In this document: positions 8,075 to 16,693 of the stretch, piece after piece | Layout of the letters: the number at the start of each line of letters is the position of its first letter | Numbering within the stretch: the first letter of the stretch is position 1 | Source of the DNA: a virus | DNA: 28,281 nucleotides | IMG/VR virus record: IMGVR_UViG_3300037400_002706 | Span: 1 to 28,281 of that record | Strand: one strand, 5' to 3' | Notes under the pieces: generated by a model | Database searches by the model: none | Told to the model about the DNA's origin: nothing | What the model saw: the letters and a program-made list of their open reading frames with translations, nothing else | Made by a program: the position numbers and the translations under genes

Positions 8075-8744
8075 CGACCTGGCCATGCTCCAGGGGTCCG
8101 GCGAGGTGCTGCAATACTTCGCCGATCTCAAGCACATCCCGATGGACAAGGTGCTGCGCAACGCGGCGCGCGACATTGTCTTCGGGGCCTACCGCGCGAC
8201 GCCGGAAGCCGAGCGAATCAAGCCGAATCCCTGGGCGCTCGTTCCAGGACGCGGCCGCAAGGCCGGAAAAGGCGTGCACCTCTACCTGCCGGACTACCCG
8301 GCAATGGAGCAGGTGCGGCTGTCCGCCTACCGCATCGCGGCACCCCGCCGGGGCTACGCCCTGTCCGCATTCCTGCCGGTCATCGCCACGCTGGAACTCA
8401 AGAAGCGGCCCGCGAGAAAGGCGGCCCCCGCATCCACCCTCACCAAGGCCGGAAGGTTTTTCGCCGAGGCCCGCGACCCCTACGCGGGAGGATGGAAGCG
8501 CCAGATCGAGGCGTTCCGGGCCGCAAAGACCGCATCGCACAACTCGCCGTCGGACTATTCGGAGACCAAGCAGGGGAGCACCGCCGAAGGGCCGTGGCGC
8601 GAGCTGCGCGTAACCGAGTACAACCTCTCCCGCTACCCAGGCTGGGAGGAGAAGGCGGTCGCCGCGGGCATGAACGACGCCGCCAACAACATCATGAACG
8701 AGCTCGCCCGGCTGCTCGACAACCCCACCGCCAGCATCAAATGA
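8067..8744 (+). CDS. Hypothetical virion (neck/connector region) protein
   Basis: 225-aa ORF with SD ggagaggag before the ATG at 8067. It is flanked by overlapping structural genes. Confidence 0.5.
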   Translation: MPSDLAMLQGSGEVLQYFADLKHIPMDKVLRNAARDIVFGAYRATPEAERIKPNPWALVPGRGRKAGKGVHLYLPDYPAMEQVRLSAYRIAAPRRGYALSAFLPVIATLELKKRPARKAAPASTLTKAGRFFAEARDPYAGGWKRQIEAFRAAKTASHNSPSDYSETKQGSTAEGPWRELRVTEYNLSRYPGWEEKAVAAGMNDAANNIMNELARLLDNPTASIK

Positions 8745-9169
8745 GCACCCCTGCAGACACCATCGCCAACTGGATCGCCGCGCGGCTGGCCGCCGCGCTC
8801 GCGCCGTCCGGCGTGCCGGTGATCCGGCAGTCCGACGAATCCATCGAACGCGCACAGAGCGTCGTCGTGGTGGACGCGCAGGACCAGGGCGACCACCTCG
8901 GCATCCCCGGCCACGTGCTGGTGGACATCCGCGCCGCCGTGGGCATCTGGGTGCATGTCGTGGACGACCCCGACCTCGCGCAAACCTCCGACATCCGCTC
9001 CGCCGTGCGCGCCGCGCTGGAGGCGTTGCCGCAGGGAGACGTCCCCGCCGTTGGCGACTGGTATGTGCGCTACATCTCCGGCTGGGACGCGACCCCCGCG
9101 ACCCTCGACGGCAACGACCGCCGCGTGGAGCTCTCCGCCACCATGATCCTGCAATCCACCTCAATCTAA
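8741..9169 (+). CDS. Tail completion / tail terminator-like protein (by position)
   Basis: The ATG at 8741 makes an ATGA overlap with the upstream gene. 142 aa, lying immediately before the major tail protein. Confidence 0.4.
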   Translation: MSTPADTIANWIAARLAAALAPSGVPVIRQSDESIERAQSVVVVDAQDQGDHLGIPGHVLVDIRAAVGIWVHVVDDPDLAQTSDIRSAVRAALEALPQGDVPAVGDWYVRYISGWDATPATLDGNDRRVELSATMILQSTSI

Positions 9170-9193
9170 CCAAATCACATAGGAGCAGCAACT

Positions 9194-9628
9194 ATGGCAG
9201 ACTACCTAGTCGGCACCATCTCCGCCACCAACCTCGGCATCACCGTGGCGTGCCTCGTGCAGTCAATCAACTGGACGTTCGCGCACGACGAGGCCGAGAC
9301 CCGCGACGAAAACGGCAACGTGCTCGTCTATCAGCAGTACAATCACCGCGCGGAGGGCAGCGTCACCGCCCGCATCCCGCGCGGCGTGCAGATCCCGGCG
9401 GCTGGAGCCACCCTCAGCATCAAGGGCATTAGCCTCCCGGCCTACTCGGCTGCGGGCGTGCCGACCGGCGGCTACACCTTGGAGACCACGCCCAGCGGCA
9501 CCGGCGTGGATTTCGCCATCACCGACGCGAGCATCAAAACCACCAACACCGAGGTGGCCGAATGGAGCCTCACCGTGCGCCGCTACCTCGAAAACAGCGT
9601 CGGCTCGCAGAACACCACTGTCGCATAA
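9194..9628 (+). CDS. Major tail (tube) protein
   Basis: 144 aa, with strong SD ataggagcagcaactATG. It lies two genes upstream of the tape measure gene. Confidence 0.6.
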   Translation: MADYLVGTISATNLGITVACLVQSINWTFAHDEAETRDENGNVLVYQQYNHRAEGSVTARIPRGVQIPAAGATLSIKGISLPAYSAAGVPTGGYTLETTPSGTGVDFAITDASIKTTNTEVAEWSLTVRRYLENSVGSQNTTVA

Positions 9629-9634
9629 TCGCCC

Positions 9635-10273
9635 ATGAGCCATAGGAGACCACCAAAAATCGCGCCAGAGCGAGAAATCGCGCCGGAGCAGACAAAATCC
9701 CGCGCGGACGCGAAAACCGCTCCAGGCGCGAACAATGGACCGTCTGCGCCCGATGTCGCCGACGCGCCGCCTCCGGCAGTGCCGATGCACTCGCCGGAGA
9801 TGCAGGACGCCGAGCTGCGCGAGATGCTGGGCGGCTCGCTCGCCGGAGGCGCGATCACCGCCGGAGTGCTCATGGCGCTCTGGCTGGAGCGCAGCCCCTA
9901 CCTCCTGGGCGGCGTGCCCACGCCCGACGCGGACGCCGCGCTGCTGCGCCTCACCCGCCGCTCATCCATCCCGGAGGCGCTGGCCGCGCTGGACACCGCC
10001 CTGCGCCCGCTCGGCATCATCCGCCAGCCCTCCGGCCGGACCCTCCCGCGCTGCTACGACGGCTACGGCCCGGAGTGGCTGGCGGACCTGGTTTCCGCCG
10101 CCGCCCGCGCCCTCCCATCCCTCACCTGGGCGGACGCGATGTGGCGCACGCCGCTCTGCCTCCTTGGGCACCTCGCGGGGGCGGCGGTCCGCGCGGTCGG
10201 CGGACGCACGGAGCGCCCGCTGGACACCACCGCGGCCGACGACTGGCTGCTGCGCGCGAACGGCATGAAGTAA
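9635..10273 (+). CDS. Tail assembly chaperone candidate (start uncertain)
   Basis: The only ORF between the major tail and tape measure genes, and its stop abuts the tape measure ATG. The N-terminal 50 codons are low-complexity and coincide with a DNA repeat array. Confidence 0.4.
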   Translation: MSHRRPPKIAPEREIAPEQTKSRADAKTAPGANNGPSAPDVADAPPPAVPMHSPEMQDAELREMLGGSLAGGAITAGVLMALWLERSPYLLGGVPTPDADAALLRLTRRSSIPEALAALDTALRPLGIIRQPSGRTLPRCYDGYGPEWLADLVSAAARALPSLTWADAMWRTPLCLLGHLAGAAVRAVGGRTERPLDTTAADDWLLRANGMK

Positions 10274-11689
10274 ATGGCTAAAGAGCAGAAAATTAAGACC
10301 ACGCTCACCGGCGACTCGCGAGGGCTCGTCGACGCGCTGGACAACGCGCAGTCCCGGCTGGAGGACCTCTCCGACCAGGCGAAAAAAACGGGCGGCGCCG
10401 TGCAGCAGGCGTTCTCGGCCAACTCCGCAGCCGGGAAGAAACTCGCCGATGGCATCCAGTCCGCCGCAGGGCAGGGGCTGTCCCAGGCGCTCGGCCTGGG
10501 CGGCGCGTCCTCCACGCTGCTGCAGTCCGGCGTCCGCTCGCTGTTTGCCTCCGGCCTCAATCTCGCCCTCCCCGCCCTCGGAGCGGGCCTCGCCGGACTC
10601 GCGGTGCAATTCGGCTCGGCGCTGGCCGACCGCATCTCCCAGGCCCGCGAGATCTCCACGGGCGCGGATGCGACCGGCGGCGACACCGACCTGTACCAGC
10701 GCATCCGGCGCAGCGCAGAGAAGACGGGCGCGTCGGTGGACACCCTGACCGCCGCTTACGCCAAGTTCCAGGCCACCCTGGCGGCAGCGAAAAACGGCAG
10801 CATGGAGGCGCGCGAGGCCCTCGCCAAGCTCGGCTACCAGGCCGACGACCTGACGCAGGACTCGCAGGGATTTCTGCAGGCGCTGGGCTCCGTCGCGACC
10901 GCCACCGACCGCGACGCCACCGCCATGGCGATTTTCGGGGCCAACACGCGCGAGGCCCAGCGGGCGTTCGCGGACCTCGCGGCCACCTCCGGCAGCGCCG
11001 ACGGCATCATCGGACGCGACGCCATCGACGACGCCAACCGCCTCGCCGAGGCGTGGGACCACCTCAAGGAGGCCATCTCCTCATGGAGCGCGGAGACGTT
11101 CGAACCGCTCACCTCCGGCTGGCGCTCGATGCTAGATGGCATCATCTCCGGCACCGCCGACGCGCTGGAGGGGATGGCCGCGCTCGCCGACATGCCGCAG
11201 GAGCTCTCCGACGCCGACCTCGCGGAGGAGCTGGCACGGCGGCAGGAGGAGCTGGCACGGCGGCAGGAGGCCCGACGCACCGCCGAGCAGGAGCGCCGCG
11301 AGCGCGAGCGCCGCGAGCGCAACGAGCGCGCCGACCGTCAGACCCGCGCCTACCATGAGCAGCAGCAGCGCGAAGCCCTCCGCCTCGCCCGCCAGCGCGC
11401 CAAGATCAACCGCGAGTACGAGCTGGCCGGGATGAGCCCGGACAAGCGCCGCCAGGCGGAGCGGCGCGAGTACACGCTGGGCCTGATGGGCATGGGCTAC
11501 AACGAGCGCGAGGCCGAGGCCATCACCCGGCGGCTCTGGGACCCGCGCCAGGCGGGGAAATCCCCCGCCGTGGCGGCTCCCGCCGCCCCCCTCCCGGCGG
11601 CTCCCGGCATCCCGACCGGCGGCGTTGGGCTGGACGCGGTAATCAGAGAGATAAGAGCCTTGCGCTCAAATACCTACGTAGTCAAGTAG
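10274..11689 (+). CDS. Tape measure protein
   Basis: 471 aa, Ala/Gly-rich and helical, with an ERRERERRER charged block. Canonical position. Confidence 0.75.
   Translation: MAKEQKIKTTLTGDSRGLVDALDNAQSRLEDLSDQAKKTGGAVQQAFSANSAAGKKLADGIQSAAGQGLSQALGLGGASSTLLQSGVRSLFASGLNLALPALGAGLAGLAVQFGSALADRISQAREISTGADATGGDTDLYQRIRRSAEKTGASVDTLTAAYAKFQATLAAAKNGSMEAREALAKLGYQADDLTQDSQGFLQALGSVATATDRDATAMAIFGANTREAQRAFADLAATSGSADGIIGRDAIDDANRLAEAWDHLKEAISSWSAETFEPLTSGWRSMLDGIISGTADALEGMAALADMPQELSDADLAEELARRQEELARRQEARRTAEQERRERERRERNERADRQTRAYHEQQQREALRLARQRAKINREYELAGMSPDKRRQAERREYTLGLMGMGYNEREAEAITRRLWDPRQAGKSPAVAAPAAPLPAAPGIPTGGVGLDAVIREIRALRSNTYVVK
11224..11270 (+). repeat. 21-bp tandem duplication (2.2 copies) inside the tape measure gene
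   Basis: ggaggagctggcacggcggca occurs at 11224-11244 and again at 11245-11265, then a partial ggagg. It encodes EELARRQEELARRQE. Confidence 0.9.
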
Positions 11690-11690
11690 C

Positions 11691-12029
11691 ATGGACACCC
11701 TCACCTCTTGGAAAATGCTTTCGGCGCGGGCAGTGCCTGAGTACAAGATGAGCATCCCATCCGCCGGAACTTACGAGAGTGCATTCCGCGAGACCGAGAC
11801 GCGGGTATATGCGGTGTATGTCCCTGCCGACGAAGTGTTTCCGACAACTCCAGTTAATCCCGCCGGTCTTACTCCGGTGGGCTGGACGCAGACGGCGTCC
11901 GGCTGGACTAGGATTGACAGTTGGGTTTGCGAAGACCGAGGGTTCGAGACCGAGTACGCCTCCCCCGCGCCGAAGATGTACAGGGAGACTTGGACCAAAG
12001 TTGGGTCCTGGCGCAAGCAGGAGGACTAA
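11691..12029 (+). CDS. Hypothetical distal tail protein
   Basis: 112-aa ORF directly after the tape measure gene, in a visibly AT-richer segment. Confidence 0.5.
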   Translation: MDTLTSWKMLSARAVPEYKMSIPSAGTYESAFRETETRVYAVYVPADEVFPTTPVNPAGLTPVGWTQTASGWTRIDSWVCEDRGFETEYASPAPKMYRETWTKVGSWRKQED

Positions 12030-12539
12030 ATGATACCCGCTCTGTCTGGCATAAAGCTCATTGAGGATAATCCCGCGCGGACGCTCGTTTCGGCATCCAC
12101 CTACAACCGTCTCGCAAGGGCCGTGAAAAACATATCCATCGAGGGCGGCGAAATCGGCGTGAATGCCCTTGGAGGGATACATATACAGGTTGTGCCATCG
12201 GCGTCAAGCCCCACGCCGAGCGGCGGCAGTGCCTACGACGGACCATTCGCCGTGGCGGTGAGCAACGGCATCGCCACGGTCAGCGCCGGGACCATCTGGG
12301 CCGGCCTGACTAAGATCGCCTATGCCGGCGGCACCGTCGCCGTTGCCGACGGAAATTGCGTCTATGTGTCCGTGACCTATGGCAATGGCACATACAACGC
12401 CTTCATCGACGCACTGCCCTATGGCATGATAGGGCAATACTCCGGCCAATACACGCAGATTTTAGGCAAATATTCGAATGGCATTTGGTCTCAATGGTGG
12501 AACGCGGGCGACATCCAAGTCTGCGGGAGGGTGGTATGA
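12030..12539 (+). CDS. Hypothetical tail-tip protein
   Basis: 169-aa ORF, contiguous with its neighbours, with an ATGA overlap at its 3' end. Confidence 0.5.
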   Translation: MIPALSGIKLIEDNPARTLVSASTYNRLARAVKNISIEGGEIGVNALGGIHIQVVPSASSPTPSGGSAYDGPFAVAVSNGIATVSAGTIWAGLTKIAYAGGTVAVADGNCVYVSVTYGNGTYNAFIDALPYGMIGQYSGQYTQILGKYSNGIWSQWWNAGDIQVCGRVV

Positions 12540-13522
12540 TTGAAGACCGCCAGAGCGCATTCAACGACCTCCGAAACGCCCTCATCGAGCGCGTAAGTTG
12601 CTTTGAAGGAGACACTACCTACACGACGCCAATCACGATAGCCGCGCTCAATCCGCTTGAGAGCACTCTTGACTGGATCATCACGGGCGGCTATGTGACT
12701 TTCGTATGGCGGCACATCTTTTCTACATACGCAAATTCGATAAATCCGCCGGGCAGCGCCTACGACGGCACCGAGCAATGGCGGTGGGTCATGTCCTACG
12801 ACGCAAGTGACATGGCATCCTGCATGTCACTGACCAAGGCGGATTTCAGGGCTTGGTGCATCGGCAGGTGGGGACTGGACCTCGATGCCGTGACATCCGC
12901 AAGCCTCTTTTCTCAGTGGCTGAGGGAGAAAATCACCTTACGGCCCGTGGGCGAGGTAATCGACATGCTCAGCGACATCCTCTTGAGGCTGCGCGTGCGA
13001 GTGCGGATGCTGGGGCGAGACCGGCACACCTTCGATCCGGCTTGGGTAGAAACCTACAAAAGCGTCTCGCGCCAGAGTGCGGACAATGTCAACGCCAACT
13101 TCCAGTCTGCGGCGTGGCGCACTGGCGGGCATCTCGAAGAGGCGCAACTGAGGGTGTCGTACTCCAGCGGCCGCTACGGCGCGAGTGCATACTGCCCTCC
13201 AGATGATGGCGCAAACCCGCCACTGGGAAACCTGTGGTATGGCAATACATACCTGCAAGGCCACTCCTCAGACCTGGTCCCGAGAGTGGCCTGGGCCAAC
13301 GACTATGTCACGACTGGCGACGCGCCGGGCGATTTGGCTAGCCTCGCCGCGCCCTACGGCGTGGAACCCGCCAGCACCGCGCGCCCCTTTGGCAGCATCA
13401 CGGCCAGCACTTTTTCGGGCATCACCATCCGCACTGGCATCGGGGAATACTCAGAGAGCTGGGAACTCAGGTCGATTGTCTCCCTCATCGACTGCTCACC
13501 CCTTTTGACGCAAACAATTTAG
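12536..13522 (+). CDS. Hypothetical tail-tip/baseplate protein
   Basis: ATG at 12536 (ATGA overlap), 328 aa. The track ORF 12356..13522 has a 5' extension that overlaps the previous gene. Confidence 0.5.
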   Translation: MIEDRQSAFNDLRNALIERVSCFEGDTTYTTPITIAALNPLESTLDWIITGGYVTFVWRHIFSTYANSINPPGSAYDGTEQWRWVMSYDASDMASCMSLTKADFRAWCIGRWGLDLDAVTSASLFSQWLREKITLRPVGEVIDMLSDILLRLRVRVRMLGRDRHTFDPAWVETYKSVSRQSADNVNANFQSAAWRTGGHLEEAQLRVSYSSGRYGASAYCPPDDGANPPLGNLWYGNTYLQGHSSDLVPRVAWANDYVTTGDAPGDLASLAAPYGVEPASTARPFGSITASTFSGITIRTGIGEYSESWELRSIVSLIDCSPLLTQTI

Positions 13523-13540
13523 GATAAAAAATCATCGACT

Positions 13541-14308
13541 ATGACAACCCTCCAGTATGACCTCTCCACCGGGACCTGGACTAATCCGTCCGGCGTGTCC
13601 GGCACCGACTGGCTGCCGGACATCGTTTTCGGCACCGCGCCGACCTGGCAGATCTCCGTTTCCGGCCCCGTGCCTCCCGGCCTCGCGGATGCCGTGTCGT
13701 TCCGCGCCGCCGTCGCGCGGGACTGGCTGGCGGGCACGCTGCCCATGAGCCGCGCCATGGAGGGCGTGGAGGTGTCCGAGGGCGCGGACGCGCTGGCGGC
13801 CACGGTGCCCATCGACACCCGCACCGAGCGTTTCCTGCGTGTCGTGGACGGGCACGGCTGCGGCGTGCGGTGCTGGCTGCAGGTCGCGGGCCTCGACGCC
13901 TCCGGCATCCTCTGCTGGCTGCTCACCGCGCCGGTGCTGGCGCGGCCCGCACTGGACCCGGAGGGCTCCGGCAGCATCCCTCCCATCGACATGCTGCCCG
14001 TGACCACGGCGGTACAGGCCGCGCAGAGCGCCGCGACCGACGCCACCGCCAGCGCCGCGCAGTCCGCGCAGTCCGCGCAGTCCGCGCAGGGTTCCGCCGG
14101 TTCCGCCGCCGCCGCCGCGACGGACGCCACCGCCAGCGCGACCCTCGCCCAGACGGCCCAGACAGCAGCCGAGACGGCGCAGACCGCCGCAGAGACGGCT
14201 GCGCAGACGGCATCCGACGCGATATCCGGCATCGCCGACTACATCGCCCTCGCCACCCAACTCAACGCCGCGCTGGAGGAGTACGACGCGGACACACGGG
14301 AGTACTAG
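13541..14308 (+). CDS. Tail fibre-like protein with an Ala/Gln/Thr/Ser repeat region
   Basis: 255 aa. C-terminal AQSAQSAQSAQGSAGSAAAAATDATASATLAQTAQTAAETAQTAAETAAQTA is encoded by 9-bp and longer repeats. Confidence 0.55.
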   Translation: MTTLQYDLSTGTWTNPSGVSGTDWLPDIVFGTAPTWQISVSGPVPPGLADAVSFRAAVARDWLAGTLPMSRAMEGVEVSEGADALAATVPIDTRTERFLRVVDGHGCGVRCWLQVAGLDASGILCWLLTAPVLARPALDPEGSGSIPPIDMLPVTTAVQAAQSAATDATASAAQSAQSAQSAQGSAGSAAAAATDATASATLAQTAQTAAETAQTAAETAAQTASDAISGIADYIALATQLNAALEEYDADTREY

Positions 14309-14309
14309 C

Positions 14310-15644
14310 ATGAGCGACACCACCGACACCACCCACGAGCTCGCGTTCACACGCGCCGCCAACCTCACGGCCATCGCCGACGCCATACGCGCCAAACGCC
14401 GCATCTCCGACAGATTTTCGCCTCCGCAGATGGCGCCCGCCATCGACGCGATACGGCTGGGCATCCCCATCGTCGTGGACTGCAACATCGGCCCCGACGG
14501 AGAGTGGCACCGCCCGGCGGCATGGCCGGACCTGGACGCGCTGGTGATCGACTACGCCGGGGACGAGGAGGTGCTATACCTGACCTACGACAACTCGCGG
14601 CTCAACATCCCCGAAGAAAATTGTTGGATTGGCCTCTACATCCAGATGGATACTCAGGGTGCACATGCGCTAATCGAGCGCGGCACGGTGTCGGGCGGGC
14701 AGTTCTTCGCCGCGCAGTCCGCGCAGTCCGACCCGGTGCCCAGCGCCACCTCCGGCATCTATTTCGCGGAGAGCTACGCCGCCGCGCCGGACGCCTACCC
14801 GGTGTACCGCATCACTCCCGTCGGCGGGCATTTCCGGGCGCTCATGCAGGGGCGCATCCCCACCGACGTCAGCGGCCTCGCGGCCATCCTGCGCCCGGTG
14901 GAGCTGGGCGTGCTGGAGCGTCGCGGCAACCTCCCGTGGATCGCCAACATCGCGGCTGCATCTACATCCTCTACGTTGTCCAATCACAACTGGGGGGACA
15001 TGTGGATGCAGCGAGACGCCACGCGCATCGGCACGCGGGCCAACGTCACGACCCTCAGCGCCGCCTGGTATGGCTGCTACAGCCTGCAGAGCCTCGACCT
15101 GTCGGGCTGGGACACCACCGGCTGGGCGGTGACGAACCTCGCCGCCACCTGGAGCGGCTGCTACAGCCTGCAGGCGCTCGACCTGTCGGGCTGGGACACC
15201 ACCGGCTGGGCGGTGACTACCCTCAACGCCGCCTGGCAGAACTGCTACAGCCTGCAGGCGCTCGACCTGTCGGGCTGGGACACCACCGGCTGGGCGGTGA
15301 CTAGCCTCGGCTCCGCCTGGGCGTCCTGCTACAGCCTGCAGGCGCTCGACCTGTCGGGCTGGGACACCACCGGCTGGGCGGTGACTACCCTCAACGCCGC
15401 CTGGCAGAACTGCTACAGCCTGCAGAGCCTCGACCTGGGCGGCATGTCCGGCGCGCTCGACCAGTCGATCGCGCTGAGCAGCTCGGGGCGGCTGTCGCGC
15501 GATGCGCTGCTCGGCCTCATCGCCGCCCTGCCGCCAACCACTGCCGCCCGCACGCTCACCCTGCACATCTACGCATATAGACGCCTCACCGCCGCTGACC
15601 TGGCCGCCGCCATCGAGCGTGGCTGGACCGTGGCCGGAGCATAG
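14310..15644 (+). CDS. Tail fibre / receptor-binding candidate with BspA/DUF285-type leucine-rich repeats
   Basis: Five 28-aa repeats CYSLQxLDLSGWDTTGWAVTxLxxxWxx. N-terminal AANLTAIADAIRAKR...PPQMAPAIDAI is typical of phage LRR tail proteins as I recall them. Confidence 0.65.
   Translation: MSDTTDTTHELAFTRAANLTAIADAIRAKRRISDRFSPPQMAPAIDAIRLGIPIVVDCNIGPDGEWHRPAAWPDLDALVIDYAGDEEVLYLTYDNSRLNIPEENCWIGLYIQMDTQGAHALIERGTVSGGQFFAAQSAQSDPVPSATSGIYFAESYAAAPDAYPVYRITPVGGHFRALMQGRIPTDVSGLAAILRPVELGVLERRGNLPWIANIAAASTSSTLSNHNWGDMWMQRDATRIGTRANVTTLSAAWYGCYSLQSLDLSGWDTTGWAVTNLAATWSGCYSLQALDLSGWDTTGWAVTTLNAAWQNCYSLQALDLSGWDTTGWAVTSLGSAWASCYSLQALDLSGWDTTGWAVTTLNAAWQNCYSLQSLDLGGMSGALDQSIALSSSGRLSRDALLGLIAALPPTTAARTLTLHIYAYRRLTAADLAAAIERGWTVAGA
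15075..15440 (+). repeat. 84-bp tandem repeats (units start at 15075, 15159, 15243, 15327, 15411)
   Basis: Units 2 and 4 are identical over 84 nt. Units 2-4 share an identical first 59 nt, and differences cluster in the last 25 nt. Confidence 0.95.
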
Positions 15645-15665
15645 CCCCGTATCCCCGACACCACC

Positions 15666-16076
15666 ATGGACACCCGCACCACTACTGCCGAAATCGCCAT
15701 CCTCACCGCCGCGCCGGGCTGCGTGCTCACCGACGGCTCCTGCTACGCCCGCGAGGTCGCCTGCCGCCCATCCGACACCGCCCGCTGGCGCGAAATCCCC
15801 GACCCCGGCGACATCCCACCGGAGCCCCCGGCCAGCTACAGCAAGCTGCGCCTGCATCGCGCCCTCGCGGCCGCCGGGCTGTGGGATGCCGTGTGGGGCG
15901 GCCTCACCGACGACCAGCGCGCCTACTGGCAGGAGGCGCAGGACCTCTCCGACGCCGACCCCGCGTTCGCGGACGCGCTCGCCGCGCTCCGCGCCGCGGT
16001 CGCGGCTGGCACGATCGTGCTGCCGGAGGGCGTCACAATCGATGGCCTGCTGGAGGGGGCTCGCATCGATGCATAG
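15666..16076 (+). CDS. Hypothetical protein (post-fibre gene)
   Basis: 136-aa ORF. Its stop overlaps the next ATG at 16069. Confidence 0.5.
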   Translation: MDTRTTTAEIAILTAAPGCVLTDGSCYAREVACRPSDTARWREIPDPGDIPPEPPASYSKLRLHRALAAAGLWDAVWGGLTDDQRAYWQEAQDLSDADPAFADALAALRAAVAAGTIVLPEGVTIDGLLEGARIDA

Positions 16077-16476
16077 CCAGGACATAGCCGCATACCGAGA
16101 GACCTGCGCCGAGCTGCCCGGCGGGGAAATCCTGGACCGCTACTCCGACACCATGGCCGCGATGATATGCAATGGCGTCGGCGCGGCCTGGGCGGACCGC
16201 GTGGCGCCCCACGCCTCCGCCGTCCTCAACCGGGCGCTGCCGTGGGCGATCGCGCCCAGCATCATCCACGACCTGGCCTACCACGAGGGCGTGGGCGGCG
16301 ACTCCGGGCGCGCCGCAGCCGACTACCATTTCTGGGCGGGCTGCTGCGCGGAGATCGACCGCATCAGCGCCTGGCCGTGGACGCGGTGGTGGCGCTACCA
16401 CCGCGCGGCGGACCTCTACCTCATCCTGCGCCGCTTCGGCGCTCTCGCCTGGGAGGGGCGCACCGGGAATGACTGA
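16069..16476 (+). CDS. DUF1353-like protein
   Basis: 135 aa. NGVGAAW...PWAIAPSIIHDLAYHEG...AADYHFW...ADLYLILRRFGALAW matches my recollection of the DUF1353 pattern (G..S.P...HD..Y...aD..f...y..v..fG). Confidence 0.5.
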   Translation: MHSQDIAAYRETCAELPGGEILDRYSDTMAAMICNGVGAAWADRVAPHASAVLNRALPWAIAPSIIHDLAYHEGVGGDSGRAAADYHFWAGCCAEIDRISAWPWTRWWRYHRAADLYLILRRFGALAWEGRTGND

Positions 16477-16693
16477 CCACGAGCTCGCCACCCAGAAGAT
16501 GCTCACCCGCCTGGCGGCGGACATCGCCGCACTCAAAACCCTGGCGGAGCAGACCCGGCACGACCTGCACGGCAACGGGCGACCGGGGCTGCTCGACCGC
16601 GTTACGCGCCTGGAGACCAAGGTCGGCATGGTCGCGGGCGTCGCGGGCGTAATCGCCTCCCTCCTCGCCGAGCTGATCAAGCATTTTTTCTGA
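16469..16693 (+). CDS. Small coiled-coil protein with a C-terminal transmembrane helix (holin-like / membrane anchor)
   Basis: 74 aa. C-terminal GMVAGVAGVIASLLAELIKHFF. The start overlaps the DUF1353 gene end. Confidence 0.45.
   Translation: MTDHELATQKMLTRLAADIAALKTLAEQTRHDLHGNGRPGLLDRVTRLETKVGMVAGVAGVIASLLAELIKHFF

Noticed and set aside
9735-10268. Overlapping ORF considered as the -1 frameshift extension (gpGT-like) of the tail assembly chaperone.
   Set aside because: It is in the +1, not the -1, frame relative to 9635..10273. It is Arg/Cys/Pro-rich nonsense, and I found no slippery heptamer at a plausible position.
15075-15440. Regular 84-bp periodicity with invariant and variable blocks could be mistaken for a CRISPR array.
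   Set aside because: The array is in frame within a long ORF and encodes canonical LRR units. Two of the variable blocks are identical, and the block sizes (59/25) are unlike CRISPR repeat/spacer dimensions.
13541-15644. Diversity-generating retroelement (template/variable repeat pair) as the source of fibre variation.
   Set aside because: No reverse transcriptase is recognisable anywhere in the circle. The repeats present are tandem in-frame units, not a TR/VR pair with adenine-specific differences.
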